A stretch of 64,000 nucleotides of DNA from Oculina patagonica (lineage: Eukaryota). Made by a program: the position numbers and the translations under genes. The stretch is from NCBI RefSeq assembly GCF_052425735.1, contig NC_135759.1:35030001-35094000 (forward strand), given 5' to 3'. Numbering within the stretch: the stretch's first letter is position 1; each line of letters begins with the position of its first letter. Shown in pieces: positions 38,601 to 48,800 of the stretch. Below the pieces are notes generated by a model. It was not told where the DNA came from, did not search any database, and saw nothing but the letters and a program-made list of their open reading frames with translations.

Positions 38601-40193
38601 CAAATCCATGGAAAACAAGTTTGGTTCAAGTTATTGGGAGGTAGTTAAGCATCAATGCCAGGCTGCATTCTATGTAGGTTATGCCGAAGATCTTCGGCAT
38701 GGATATCAAAATTGTGTGGCGTACTGGCGTATGATCGCAGTCTGCACCTTCAAACTGGCACACAGATGAATAATAAAGGACCTTGGTGGAGACCTATAAA
38801 AATCTTGGCGTATATTTGGCGCGGTGTGTACATGGAAATTATGCACTCTAGCAATAATGCTAAGCTAATTTCCCCCATTTAATTTTATTATAGTAAACAT
38901 GCTTCTATAAAATGAATGTTTCCATATTATTACTTACTATTACTTTACTCTTAGTCAGGGTTTAATCATTAGATTACCAAGCCATAGGCAGTCAACTACT
39001 ATCCTAGATTATCCTGAAACGTTTCCAAAACTTTAACAGGGGGGCTTATTAGAAAGAGGGGGGCAGAGGGGGGGTACTCCGGCTTGTAAATGACGGGGAT
39101 GATCGAATGGAGGCAAAACTCAGGACCCCAAAAATCCCTAAGTCTTCCGATATTACCCCAAAAAATCCCTGGACCAAAAATAACCCCCCAAAAAATCCAT
39201 TGTTAAATTACCCCTAAATTGGAGGGGCAATAATATAAACACAAGGAACCATGAAAAATTGAACGCTCGTGTTTGTTTATTCATCATACTATAAATACGC
39301 CAAGGCCGCACCAAGGCACTTTAGTTCATTTTTAATACCCAAAAAACATCCCCTATTTAAATCAAGTCACCCAAAAAAAATTTCTAACCCAAAAAAATCC
39401 TGGAATCGAAAATTTCAAACCCAAAAAAATCCTTCGATCATCCCCGTCATTTACAAGCCCGAGTACCCCTCTGGGGGGGGGGGCTAAATAAATGTAGGGT
39501 AAGGTCAATTAAGCATTTTGAGAGGCTCCCAAAATGGGCCCATGAAGAGGTAGCCGTACAGTCCACATTGATGATCTCCCAGGTTTGAATTTCTTTATAG
39601 GTATTGGTAATGTCTGATCTATAAAATGGAGGATTCACCATCTCGGGATATTGAAACTACGTAATAGATGACATCACACATTCAAACAATGTTGATCATA
39701 TGCAACTATAAGTCGACTACTTTTAATCCTTGTAAATGAATTCTAGGCTTAATGGCGTGATTGGTAAAAGGACAAAGTATATAAGAGTAAAATCTTTCTA
39801 TGATTTTTGTAGCACTAATTACAGTCAACTCTCGCCTTGCGGACACCCCGCTATTGCGGACACTCGCTATTGCGGACAAAATCCATATCCCCGGCGGAAG
39901 AGGTTTGACTGGAAATGACTCCCGCTATTACGGACACTCGCTATAACGGACACTGAACGAAGCCCCGAGCGTGTCCGCTATAACGAGAGTTGACTGTAGT
40001 AATAGCAGATCCACTGACCTGGCCTGGCTTTTTCTCCACCTTCACCGGCTTGATGCATTCCTATCATTACATCAATGCTTCAGTTAGTTCATATTTAATT
40101 TTTTTAGTAGCAAAACTTGGTACTAACTTGTGAAGGAGTGATGAAATCGTCTAAATCTGTCAACTGAAGAGCTCCGCTAAAACCGGCCGCCAT
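10976..40193 (-). CDS. NARFL: Cytosolic Fe-S cluster assembly factor NARFL/CIAO3 (Fe-hydrogenase-like), 22 coding exons, 481 aa
   Basis: Exons 40193-40128, 40060-40019, 38454-38404, 35862-35801, 35673-35580, 35233-35138, 33924-33888, 33230-33176, 30386-30304, 29325-29271, 28721-28650, 28504-28383, 14636-14564, 14467-14416, 13922-13881, 13683-13609, 12934-12878, 12759-12690, 12401-12308, 12112-12068, 11682-11652, 11047-10976 join in phase (1446 nt). Family motifs: [102 protein letters not shown]...IKW*. Confidence 0.95.
14027..14287 (+). mobile_element. tRNA-derived SINE with CORE-like central domain (internally deleted copy)
   Basis: GGCGCGGTGGCCTAATGGTTAG head, TCTTGGGCAAGACACTTTACTCT core; direct repeat TTATCAGTCA at 14017-14026 and 14288-14297; same family as 43063-43365. 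Confidence 0.8.
14965..15126 (+). mobile_element. 3' part of a SINE-like repeat followed by a poly(A) tract
   Basis: GGGTTTTTCTCCGGGTTCTCCGGTTTTCCTCCCTCC...TTCCAATTCGACCTGGA, then an A-run ending at 15126; a related inverted fragment lies near 1473-1500. Confidence 0.55.
15259..27685 (+). CDS. Novel type-I membrane protein with 17 tandem repeat units (21 exons, up to ~1683 aa), nested antisense in NARFL intron 12
   Basis: Exon 1 15259-15340 (signal peptide [20 protein letters not shown]); exon 2 15955-16358 (contains repeat 1); 16 phase-0/0 repeat exons: 16604-16897, 17306-17572, 17903-18196, 18600-18866, 19008-19241, 19379-19612, 19929-20162, 20403-20696, 21117-21410, 21653-21946, 22440-22706, 23090-23323, 23459-23692, 23941-24174, 25019-25252, 25494-25727; then 26227-26386, 26875-27010 (hydrophobic [21 protein letters not shown]) and 27559-27685 (basic tail ...[13 protein letters not shown]). 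All phases are compatible; AATAAA at 27779. Confidence 0.85.
17030..17229. mobile_element. Interspersed repeat in array intron, co-duplicated (also ~18330-18520 and ~22080-22280)
   Basis: Same block TAGTTTTAGTTTCGATTGAGA...TTTGATATATTACATC in three homologous introns and absent from the others. Confidence 0.6.
19654..19829. mobile_element. 176-bp Tc1/mariner(pogo)-type MITE
   Basis: TIR CAGTGGAACCCCGATATAACGAT; TA TSD confirmed by the empty homologous site (CATAA-TA-GGTAATT) in the preceding array intron; second copy at 44424-44599 in opposite orientation. Confidence 0.92.
20735..21060. mobile_element. Truncated interspersed repeat replacing most of one array intron
   Basis: Sequence unrelated to the other array introns, between CCTTATA and GCAGAGAGCGCACACA. 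Confidence 0.5.
22318..22400 (+). mobile_element. ~80-bp 3' tail of a non-LTR retroelement
   Basis: Insertion relative to the homologous intron (GGGCACACACATTGG at ~18551); ends AATAAAGTTT(AC)n. Confidence 0.6.
22748..22991. mobile_element. 244-bp Tc1/mariner-type MITE (second family)
   Basis: TIR CCGTAGAATTCCGGTTATAAGCCC / GGGCTTATAACCGGAATTTTACGG; TA TSD, with empty sites visible in sister introns. Confidence 0.9.
24230..24688 (+). mobile_element. 5'-truncated CR1/L2-group LINE (ORF2 C-terminus plus 3' UTR)
   Basis: Encodes [48 protein letters not shown]...*; ends AATAAAGTTT(TATGT)n. Confidence 0.8.
26060..26199 (-). mobile_element. 5'-truncated tRNA-derived SINE
   Basis: 12-bp TSD AACATTCTCTTT (26048-26059, 26200-26211); same family as 36450-36720 and 38213-38346. 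Confidence 0.8.
26421..26700 (+). mobile_element. tRNA-derived SINE (third family)
   Basis: AGCGTGGCCGATTGGTTTAGGGCG...GGTTCGAGGCCT head, followed by a body with GCCAACTGGTCTGCCTCCTGCCAGTTGGG hairpin. Confidence 0.7.
29508..30018 (+). mobile_element. Possible solo LTR
   Basis: ~510-bp block richer in GC than its flanks, starting TGTAAT and ending CA, with internal AATAAA (29981); AATTT direct repeat overlaps both termini, so the TSD is ambiguous. Confidence 0.3.
30551..32600 (-). mobile_element. 5'-truncated CRE-like non-LTR retrotransposon (RT + restriction-like endonuclease) in NARFL intron 8
   Basis: Open frame 32600-30750 with RT motifs ([23 protein letters not shown]), a Cys/His knuckle (CVCG...HAMIC), RHN and RLE motifs (RLDI...FFDV...EKKRAY); (ATT)n tracts on both sides. 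Confidence 0.9.
30750..32600 (-). CDS. Partial RT-RLE polyprotein (616 aa, no internal stops; natural 5' end missing)
   Basis: The ORF-track 530-aa protein extends 86 codons upstream in frame ([37 protein letters not shown]...). Confidence 0.85.
   Translation of the reverse strand, partial: KSGSEAAVHAIHSIFEADETDAVLLIDASNAFNALNRAAALHNIRVLCPPIATYAINTYREPARLFIIGGKEIKSAEGTTQGDPLAMGIYAISLQPLITRLGISNDLKQCWFADDASGAGSLEDIKRWWDVLTEAGPDLGYYPNAKKCWLITKPDKKDHAKAIFEGTAINISTQGQKHLGAALGSRAYLEEYVDGKVEEWVSQVVKLAEYDTSNPQACYAAFTFGLRHRWTYFLRTLPDIEDLLEPLERAIADVLIPSITDHHCTKEERDLVALPVRLGGLGLINPSQDAASQFKVSTKITAPLVEKIIAQDHETPADTAVKTLQQCVRRETNEALQTRLGNVRESLPQKTQRAIDLATEKGASNWLTVLPLKDMGYNLNKGEFRDAVKLRYDWEIDDKPTVCVCGDAFTIDHAMICRRGGFIIQRHNELRDLEADLLKMVCNDVEIEPVLQELTGERLPSGANTTPDARLDIHARGFWEKQRSAFFDVRVCHPNADSYKDQTPKQIYRNHENEKKRAYADRVLQVEQGTFTPLVFTSTGGMGEECKRYHSRLAELIAAKKGEDYATTVSWIRSKVSFAILRSALICLRGSRTVKRNRNIDIYDMDFQVENSRTAI
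32640..32880 (-). mobile_element. 3' UTR/tail of an older LINE-like element
   Basis: Minus strand ends ...GGTAATAAAGTT(ATT)n after a short hairpin (GAGGGG...CCCCTC). Confidence 0.5.
33378..33750. mobile_element. Degenerate Tc1/mariner-type MITE hosting an RTE fragment
   Basis: AACTTCTCATATGCAGACA ... TGTCTGCCTATGAGAAGTTTCACTG-TA inverted ends with repeated GCAGACAC motifs. Confidence 0.6.
33452..33647 (-). mobile_element. 5'-truncated RTE-clade LINE
   Basis: Encodes [57 protein letters not shown]; (AAGTC) tail; 12-bp TSD CCAGTACAAAGA at 33440-33451 and 33648-33659. Confidence 0.85.
33951..34319. mobile_element. Non-autonomous TIR element, Kolobok-like
   Basis: AGGGGCTAGGTCACG / CGTGACATAGCCCCT ends; TTAA on the left, TTGA on the right. 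Confidence 0.65.
34480..34990 (+). mobile_element. Degenerate RTE-clade LINE 3' fragment
   Basis: [23 protein letters not shown] resembles the RTE C-terminus at 33452-33647 with a deletion; (GAT)n tail at 34966-34990. Confidence 0.55.
36450..36720 (-). mobile_element. tRNA-derived SINE
   Basis: Minus strand GTAGCTCAGTTGGTTAGAGCGCCCAACCGG...GAGTTCGATTCCCGTCGGGGACTCAG; homologous to 26060-26199. Confidence 0.8.
37248..37344. repeat. Near-perfect hairpin MITE
   Basis: CTGACTCGTCCCCAGTCGTCTTCATATAGCACGCGGCAA / TTGCCGCGTGCTGTATGAAGACGACTGGGGACGAGTCAG. Confidence 0.75.
38213..38346 (+). mobile_element. Inverted partial copy of the 36450 SINE
   Basis: Reverse complement of ~36491-36632 with a small deletion in the B-box. 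Confidence 0.75.
39068..39470. mobile_element. Non-autonomous TIR element
   Basis: GGGGTACTCCGGCTTGTAAATGACGGGGATGATCGAA / TTCGATCATCCCCGTCATTTACAAGCCCGAGTACCCC. Confidence 0.75.
39822..39996. mobile_element. Tc1/mariner-type MITE
   Basis: TIR CAGTCAACTCTCG / CGAGAGTTGACTG, TA TSD, internal CGCTAT..CGGACA repeats. Confidence 0.85.
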
Positions 40194-40699
40194 TTTGTCT
40201 GGATGTTTATCAGGGTACATTATAATTACCATATTTGAAGTACCTACAGTCTTGATATATTTCACCACTGACCAGTATCACGGGGCTCGGTTCAGCTCAG
40301 GGGTACGTAGCTCAGTGTTTCAACAGAGAATTCTCAAACATTACACTTTTTCGGGTGTAGTTGTGTTTTCTCAGCGGGATTTAGTATTGGAGAATGAAAT
40401 TTTTTGAATACTTGAGTGAACTTGAGACATAATTGACGGTCATAATTGTGTCAAACACTTCTACTGAATGATCCTGAAATGAATCCTGCACGCCTCCGCC
40501 TTGGGCGTTCCGCGAGAGCTGCGTGCGATACAGGGGATACACTGGTTATTTAAGATTTGTTCTAATACATGTGTACCATCACTGAACCTTGGAGTAGAAT
40601 AAATTGTGAGAAGTTAAAAAAAAAGAAAAGCCCTCTTAAAAAAATCTTTGGCCATGGTCCGATTTGGACACCACAGTCCCCACTACCCTGTAGACCGGG

Positions 40700-40815
40700 G
40701 GTGCAGGGATTGCGCAATGGTGAGAGCGCTCGCCTCCCACCAATATGGCCCGGGTTCGATTCCGGTCCAGTGTCTCATCTGCTCATATGTGAGTTGAGTT
40801 TGTTGTTGGACCTCG
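40700..40815 (+). mobile_element. 5' part of a tRNA-derived SINE
   Basis: GCGCAATGGTGAGAGCGCTCGCCTCCCACCAATATGGCCCGGGTTCGATTCC. Confidence 0.6.
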
Positions 40816-41225
40816 TAGTGGGAAGACCTCCGATGCTTACCATTTAGCCACGAGAACCGGAAATTTAGGTTAAATTCAATGCCTCCTATCAACGGATAAC
40901 AGAAACAGGTTTCTGCGGATAACAATAGCAAGAAACCGAATTATAAATGGTATAAATGGAAAAGTCATACCAACCGGTTTCTTCCGACAAATGGTAAGCG
41001 CCGAAAACACCCCTTGTTCATAAACCAGTCTGAAAACGTGACATGCCTAACAAATCACAGTTGAACCTCTCCTTACTTCCATAATAAACGCTCTTTACTG
41101 TCCGTGGGAGTCCGTACTAGTCGTACAGCCGAACCTCTTTTAAGGTTACTGATAACCTCTTAGGGTGCCGTTCGGAAAATGTTTCGTACGCGCGTCATTT
41201 TTGGTGAAACCATGGATAACTATAT

Positions 41226-41525
41226 TATTATTCCACTATTGCGCCATTTTACCATATTAGGGCAAAAGAACGCGCAAAATATGCCACGTTATTACACAGT
41301 AGAACAGGGCAAAAATATGGGCGGACAAACTTAAGGAATACTGGCCCAAACAAAGTGGAAACAATAGTGGAATAATAAATCCCTTATTCGATGGTTTAAC
41401 ATATAATACGAGCGGACATTTCGCTCTTTGCTCGCATTTTTCCAAGCCCCGTAGGGGCTTGGAAAAATACTACGCAACTCGCAAAATATCCCCGCGTATT
41501 ATATGTTAAACCATCGAATAAGGTG
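41226..41525. mobile_element. Two adjacent MITEs
   Basis: TATTATTCCACTATTG / CAATAGTGGAATAATA (~41226-41376) and CCTTATTCGATGGTTTAACATATAATACG / CGTATTATATGTTAAACCATCGAATAAGG (~41382-41524). Confidence 0.7.
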
Positions 41526-42890
41526 TATATCTTTGGAAAGGTTATGAAATGTAGAATCCAAATATATAAAAGTATTGGAAATTTATTGCTTTGATCAGTG
41601 CGCGCGAGCCGTCAAACTTAAAATTATCGATGTCAGAGACAGAAAGGAGAGTCCGTATTATGAAGGTAGAGTTTAATACTTTATGTGAATTTTGGTCTTT
41701 TTCGGACCATGTGAACTTTCCGCAATGGGGTGGTCTTTTTCAAATTCCTAATTTTTGAAAATCACCACTTTAAAAGCATTGATTTTTCCTTTCTAGTTTG
41801 GTAGAGACGGGCAAATTGCCACCCGAGCAATAAAAGCACAATACCCAAGAAAGTAAACAAAACGCCACGGTACAAAAAATTTATTGAGTAAAGAAGTTGG
41901 GATATTTTTTCCACTGCAAAGCCATGAACGATGTAAAAAAAGTTGACACCAATAAGGATTTCGGTTTCTTTAAATATTTTATGCTACTGGAAATCCAACA
42001 ACTAGCGGCATGTTTTTAGTTCGAAACAAGCATATTTGTATTTTATGCACAATATATTATCACGTATAAATAAGAAAAAATGATTATATACAAACATGAA
42101 TGAGAAATGGCGATGAAAATAGAAGCAAACGACATCTTGTTCCAAGTCTCTAACACTACTAACAAGATACAGTGTACCGTAGAAAAAGACCCGTTAATTA
42201 ACATTACATCTTAGAAAGTGATTATTTGTCAAAATGAGTGAAAATACATTTCTGTAATTCAGTATTTCATATTGCAACAAACCACCACGCCGACAAAACG
42301 ATTATAAGCATAACAATTCTGATCCTAGTCAATAACTGATTTTCTTTTGTAGATTACAATGCGGCGAAGAGCTAATTTCGTTTTGCCAACTCGAGAAAGA
42401 AAAGCTCAAACAGTGGAGGATTTTATATCACAAGGCAACTGTACAAATAATTATATTACTTAATCATGTATAACCAGCTATTCTAAATAAACGTTCAATT
42501 TCTTTGCTCCAATTAATTGTCCCTATGATACAGTTACTTGGGAAGAAATGTATTCCACGTCCATGGGACACAATCTTTTAGATGTCATAATTTGTGCAGC
42601 ATGTAACGCAATGTTTCTAGCGTGACCAATGCAAACAACATTGCGTGACAACGTTTCTCCCTTCCACGTGACTTGTAAACATTTCAGGACAGTAATCGCA
42701 AACCAAAGCAATCACTTTCACAAGCTTCAACCAAACAGGATTACACACAAGTTTCTCATTTGGGTTAAAAAAGTTTCTCGCATTTTTAACATTGGGTAGT
42801 TTAGGCCGCTTAATATTTCGTCTCACGTCGAGTTCAAAATATGACAATTTCTGATAGAAAAAGGCACAGACGCATTTGTATCGGTAGCTA

Positions 42891-45800
42891 TCATCTGTTT
42901 AATGCCCAGATGAAGGTATCCGAGTCCGCAGATGAAGCCTTTCTGTGTGGTGACAGCTCCGAGAGACATGCTGCTATAGCGTTGGCAGCTTCGGAGTTGG
43001 ACATGGCCACAAGTGACAGATGGCCCTCGTGGCGTCTCAACAAACTGCAAGTCAAACAGAAATAATATAAATAAAGGTCAGCTTCGAGCCAAAGTGGCGC
43101 ATACTGCCGGAGCTTATCCCGGTTTCCTTAGCATTAAGCAGCTAGGAGTATTTCTACTCCCCCCTGGATGGGATGCTAGTCCATCGCAGGGTTACCCCCC
43201 AGCAGTAAATTCGCCGGTACCCATTTATACACCTGGGTGGAGAGAGGCACTATGAGAGTAAAGTGTCTTGCCCAGGAACACAACACAGTGACCCCGGCCA
43301 GGGCTCGAACCCGAAACGCTCGCTCCGGAGTCCGGCGCGCTAACCATTAGGCCACCGCGCCTCCTAGTCAAACAGAAAAACAAAACTTAAATATCTTTGT
43401 ATCGACGAGCAAAAAGGCCAGGAACAAAAGTCAATTGTTCTCAAGTCGTCCAATGAAACACTACAAAAGTTATATACTGTTTTGCAGTTAAAAAAGAGTT
43501 TCAACACACCCGTTCGTTCTACAATGTCCAAGATGGAAGTGGTAAACATACAATTTACATTAATTTTCCACTATTCAAGTAGCTTTCCGTTGCTACTTTT
43601 GTTGTTGCAGCGTTCAAGCAGGCACAAATGAAAATAAATAAGTTCGTCATAGTCTCAAGACCTATTTTCTAATCTTTCTAGTGTTTTTGTTTGGGAGAAA
43701 CTTGCTAGTGATCGTAACTCACCTTCTCGCTAAAGCTGAGTATTGTGCCACGTTTCTTAGAACCAGCGCCGCAGTTAATCGTACTGACTTTGTCAGCGGG
43801 GACTCCTCTTCGCCCTATCAAACAAACATCGCAGGTGTTACAGCAAGAAAAGACAAAATCTAATACACAAATTGTTTTATTATACGTTGTTTTTTGGACA
43901 AATCCAATAAAACTCATTTATTATTAATTTCATCATCATCATTAGGAAAATAACGATTAGCATAACGTTTCCAAAACTTCGTTCCTATGTTTTTCTTCGT
44001 TGTCTTCTTTGTCTATATTTTTGCTCTTTATTTGTCGTTGCTTTGATATCCTTTTTAACACGTTGTTATGCCGCCTATTAACAGAATCAAACAACAGTCT
44101 CGAACTGTTCTCTTACCTGTAATGACTGCAACATACGAGCTAAGAAATGATACGCTGGAACAAATGAAGCTGGCTGAGCCGAAGGAGGAGGAGCGGGAGG
44201 CTGGGATTGAGGAGGAGGAGGAGGAGGAGGAGGGGGTTGTACAGGAGGAGACTGGTGTTGAGCTGGCTGTGGAGGGAGAGGACTGGGAACTGGCGAAGGC
44301 TCACTGTGCTTTTGCTGGAATAAAAACGTCACCCGTTAGTTTTGACAATTCTTACTACTTTCGTTGGAGACTGAGTCTCAACTAAGGGTTAATGAAAATG
44401 ACCTTATTACACTAACAGTAGTACAGTGGAACCCCGATATAACGATATGCCAAGGGGGCAGTAAAATTATATCGTTATATCGAGGAATCGTTATATCGGG
44501 GCTCCGTCCCATACATTTTACTATTGCCGGGACATAACATATTCATCGTTATATCGGTAATATCATTATATCGAAGATCGTTATATCGGGGTTCCACTGT
44601 AAAACAAAATGAGAACTTCACGGTTTCGAAGAAATTTAAACAACCTTACATTTCACTAGAAGACTTCACACGCGAGACGAAACTTGCGTCAACACTCACT
44701 TTTCAGAGTTCTGATTATAAACGAGTTTGCTCTACACTAAGTCAGTGTTTGAAATAATGTCAACAAGCAGTGGAAGATAGCAAACAAATAACATAAGGTT
44801 AAGCTTACCTGCAGATGAAAGAGGAGGGAAGATCGTGAGCGGCGTACAGGGGCACAGCCTTCCCACATACACGACATAACCAGGCTGTCACGAGGAACAT
44901 GTTCAGTCACCACGTGCGCGAATAAACCTTTACTGGTGTCAAAAGAGCTGTACACAAAAAAAAACCACTTACAGTTACTATTTATCGACTGTAATTTACT
45001 TTTAGTGTTTACAAATGTCTTACTCCCAGACCAAGAGCGACACTGAGTTCGATGAACTCGGGTTTCTGTGTTGTGTTATCCCTTCTACCCTGGATAGGAT
45101 ACTAGTCCATTGCAGGATTTCCCTAACATGTTGTTACCTTTCCTTAACAATATGCTACTACGCATTTATAAAGCTGCGTGGAAAGGCATTAAGACAGTGA
45201 AGTCTTAGTAACCCAAGAACACAACACAAAGTCATTAATGCATAAACCATTACAATAGATCAAAGGTAAAGATACCTACAACTGGGGGCGGATTAGGAGG
45301 GGGCAAGCAGGCTGCACCCCCCCCCCTCCCATTTTTTTTTCCTCCAATGCCTTAACTTTTGATGAAAAATGCTCGCAGCATGCTGTAAGCAACATCGACA
45401 CGAACTTCAATTTTTCATTGGTTGCATTCTTGGCGCCCTCTTTCTGAGTTTTCTGGATCCGCCCCTCCCACAATCATTTGTAAAGGTGATTTTTGCCAGA
45501 CAACGACCTTCAGATGCTGGCATACTTTTGTTGATTAAACAAGTACATATGTTGTAAGAGTACATTACCTGTAGCAAGTGTTCCATCGACATCTGTAAGG
45601 TTTAAATGATACTGGCACTGCTGACTCCACTAAAGGACTACCCTGTGCTGGTGGAGTGGAGGGAAACTCCTGTGAGCCACTTGGATTCACGGGCATGGTC
45701 ACTACTGGGTTATGGACGACATTCTTAGCACCTGGAGGAAGAGCGGGATGTTGATACTGCATCGTCACAGGTGTTTGTCTAGTCTGAGGTCCAGAAGCAG

Positions 45801-48800
45801 CCTCGAACATGGCTGCACCTGGATTGGCTACACTTTGAGTTCTTATGTCTGGATAAGCATTCACAGATTTCGATGCCTGTTGTATCTGAGGCTGCCAACC
45901 AGAGGGTAAACTCGTGCTTTGAGCCACTGCTGGCCCAGGAGATGTTTGGGATCCTGGTGGAAGGTTGTGCCGCACTCCTGCTTGAAAACCAGCAGGACCA
46001 GCCTTCTGCGGCACAGGCTGCGCCCTGGGACCAGCATGTTGTGCTAAAGGCTGTTGCTGAAGTCCACTCGGAGCCCATCCAGGTTGCATTCCAGCATTCA
46101 TTCTTGGTAAGGGCATTTGAGTTGAGGGTACTTGCTGCCCTCCATGAAAAGGAGGTGATGCTGACAAAGATTGTTGAAGACCTGCTCCTTGACTGCCAGG
46201 AATCATACTATTTACAAAATCTGGACCTTGAGGTCTGGGTAATATATTTTTAGGTACCCCAGAGGGATGCATTGTAGCTGAAGAGTCATGAGCGGTAATC
46301 ATTTGTGGCTGTGGACTGGGCTGAATATTTCGATGTGCCGGAATTGTTGGTTTTTGCACAGAAGCTTGAAGATTCTTATTCTCCACATTAACATTGTGCA
46401 TCGGTAATCTATTCCCTACATTTGGTGGTAGATTCCCTTGTTGTGGAAAGAAGGGCATCTTCTGTTGAACCTCAGGTCCAACACGTTGACCAAAGCCAGC
46501 TCTAGACACTTGAGTTACATTGTTCGTAGAATTCCAAGCTGCATTTACGGCGACTGGCTGTCTACTGGCCGTTACATTGTATTGGCCAGGTAAGGGGTCT
46601 GGTCTAACTGCAGGAGGAATTGGAATTTTGCCTTGTTGCTCTGCAACTCCAACAGAAATGCCTTTTTCGTTTGATGTATTCCCACCTTCATTGAAAGATC
46701 CCCCAGGAAATGCGGGCATCTTGGATGGCATTGGGTGAGTTCCCTCAGTGCCATTCTCCATTGGGTCAATCCTCAGATCTCCCTGCAAAACGTCACTAAA
46801 CAGACCTGTATCCGTGTCACTTTCTTCCAGATATTTACCGAAATCCGAGTTCGTTTCACTTCCAAACAGATCAGGCGATGATGCCTTACTGCTGCTGAGT
46901 CTCTCGCCATCAGACGCAAGAAGGTCAAGTTCGGATGTATCAATTCCGCAAACGCCATTCAGAGGCAGATGCAGATCTTTATCCAAAAGTTTATCCATGA
47001 GCTTATTTCTTGGGTCTCCCTTGATGTCACCGTTAACAAGAGGGGTTGGACTACCAGTTCTTGAGGGTATTGACGAAGAATTATCTAGTTCATTTTCCAG
47101 CGAGGACATTCTACTGTCAAGCCTTGGCCTCTTTGCTGGTCCGCACTCTTCACTAACACTATCTCGTCGACCATTTAGGTTTCCCTCATTTGACGTAGAA
47201 ATTTTACTTCCATGTGTCATCTGTGCATTTAAGTCTCTTTTCAAAGTACCGTTACTAGAGGTGTGTAACGTTGTGTTAGGTGCATTCTGTAAAGAGTTTT
47301 TCTCACCTTCATTCAACGATTGTCTTCCCAATGCCTGCTCAAAATGTTCGCCAGTGTTTGATCTGCATATTTCACCTCTGGCAACTAATGCACTAACAGC
47401 CAAAGTTTTGTTTTCTGATAGACTTATTTGTTGGTTCGTTGCAACATCATGCGCTAGCTGAGCGTGCTGAGTAGTAGTGGAGCTAGTTTCATCTCCTTTT
47501 GTAGAGATTTCTGTCCTATTTTTGTTTTCTACCACTAGAATTTTTTGCTCCTCTGCGCCGTCTAAAAGACCCGTTGAAACAACATCTGCTGCTCGCTCTT
47601 CCTGCGCTATGAGGACAACACCTTCCTGTCTACTCCTGCCAGAAAAGGAAATAGTAGGTGTCTCAGTATTACTTACTCCAGAAAAGCTTCTCGTCATCAA
47701 ACATTCGCATTTTCACAGTATTTTAAATCACAAAAATTGGATCCCAGTGACGTAGATAAAAGAAGCCATGATGACGCAAGTTAATATGAAAGACTTTTAT
47801 GCCAATACACATCAAATAAACTGAAAGTCCCTTTTTCAATCATTGTTATTTTCTTTAAAAAACGAGTACAGGTCATACATTTTTTCGGGGAGGCATTACT
47901 TTCAAGGGGGGGGGGGTCACTTTTGGAATTCTACGGTATTACAAATGAATCAAATCGCTGGACCTGTAGAAATTCACTAAATCAATGTTACAGTGTGCAT
48001 ACACGTGTAATAAATTATACTCTTCCCAGAACAAATATTTGTTTCTCAGGTAAACCTTATTTTACAAAAACTAAATAAAATACTTACCCAAGGAAAGCAT
48101 CTCTGCTTGGTTTTCTGCTATCCTGTCCCAGTCCTGGTCTGATATTTCTTCCTCCAAGTCCACCAGGTGAATCTGGTTGAGAACTGACAAATGGTTGTGC
48201 ACTCCCTGTGGAGGTGACAAGAAGTGGTGAAGGTGGTGTGTTGGGAACAGGTACATGTGGCTGGAAGTTCTGCCTTGGGGGTTCCCCTCGCTGAAGTGGA
48301 GATCTTGGTACCTGCTGGGTGCTAGCATAGCTCCCAGCAGCAACAGCGTTTGAAGGAAGTTGTTTCCTTGCCTGGTTTTCCTGAGTAAACTGCACATTCA
48401 TTCCAGGTGCAGGCTTAGGAGCTAGAGGTGGGTAAGATGAAAGAGATGTGTGCCGCCCACTGTATGCAGGTGGTGAAGGTCGCATGTTCTGCTGCTGAGG
48501 AAAAGGAGGAGCTGGCTGTCGATAAGCAGCTGTCGGTCGATACGATGATGGTTCTGCAGGTGAAAGAGGTCTTGGCATGAATTGAGGTGGTGTCTGAGCT
48601 GGTCGAGGCATGTTTGGCAGTACAGGCCGTGGAGGTTGAAGTGGAGATCTTGTTAGTGGGCTTTGCGGAGAACGAACATTACCTGGCAAACCAACAGGGG
48701 CAGGCTGGGGAGACTTTGCCACCAGCTGAGGAGGAAACGTGCCAGAGGTTCCTCTATGACCTGGAGAAGCTGGTATAGTTTGTGGCATGCGGTGGCCAGT

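Noticed and set aside
46748-47461. 237-aa plus-strand ORF and other antisense ORFs over ARID2, the CRE element and the Merlin ORFs
   Set aside because: Shadow frames of real coding sequence with no independent motifs
47636-47700. ORF-track N-terminus (MMTRSF...) of the 711-aa ORF as a gene start
   Set aside because: The phase-2 acceptor at 47635 joins it to the upstream ARID2 exon, so it is an internal exon
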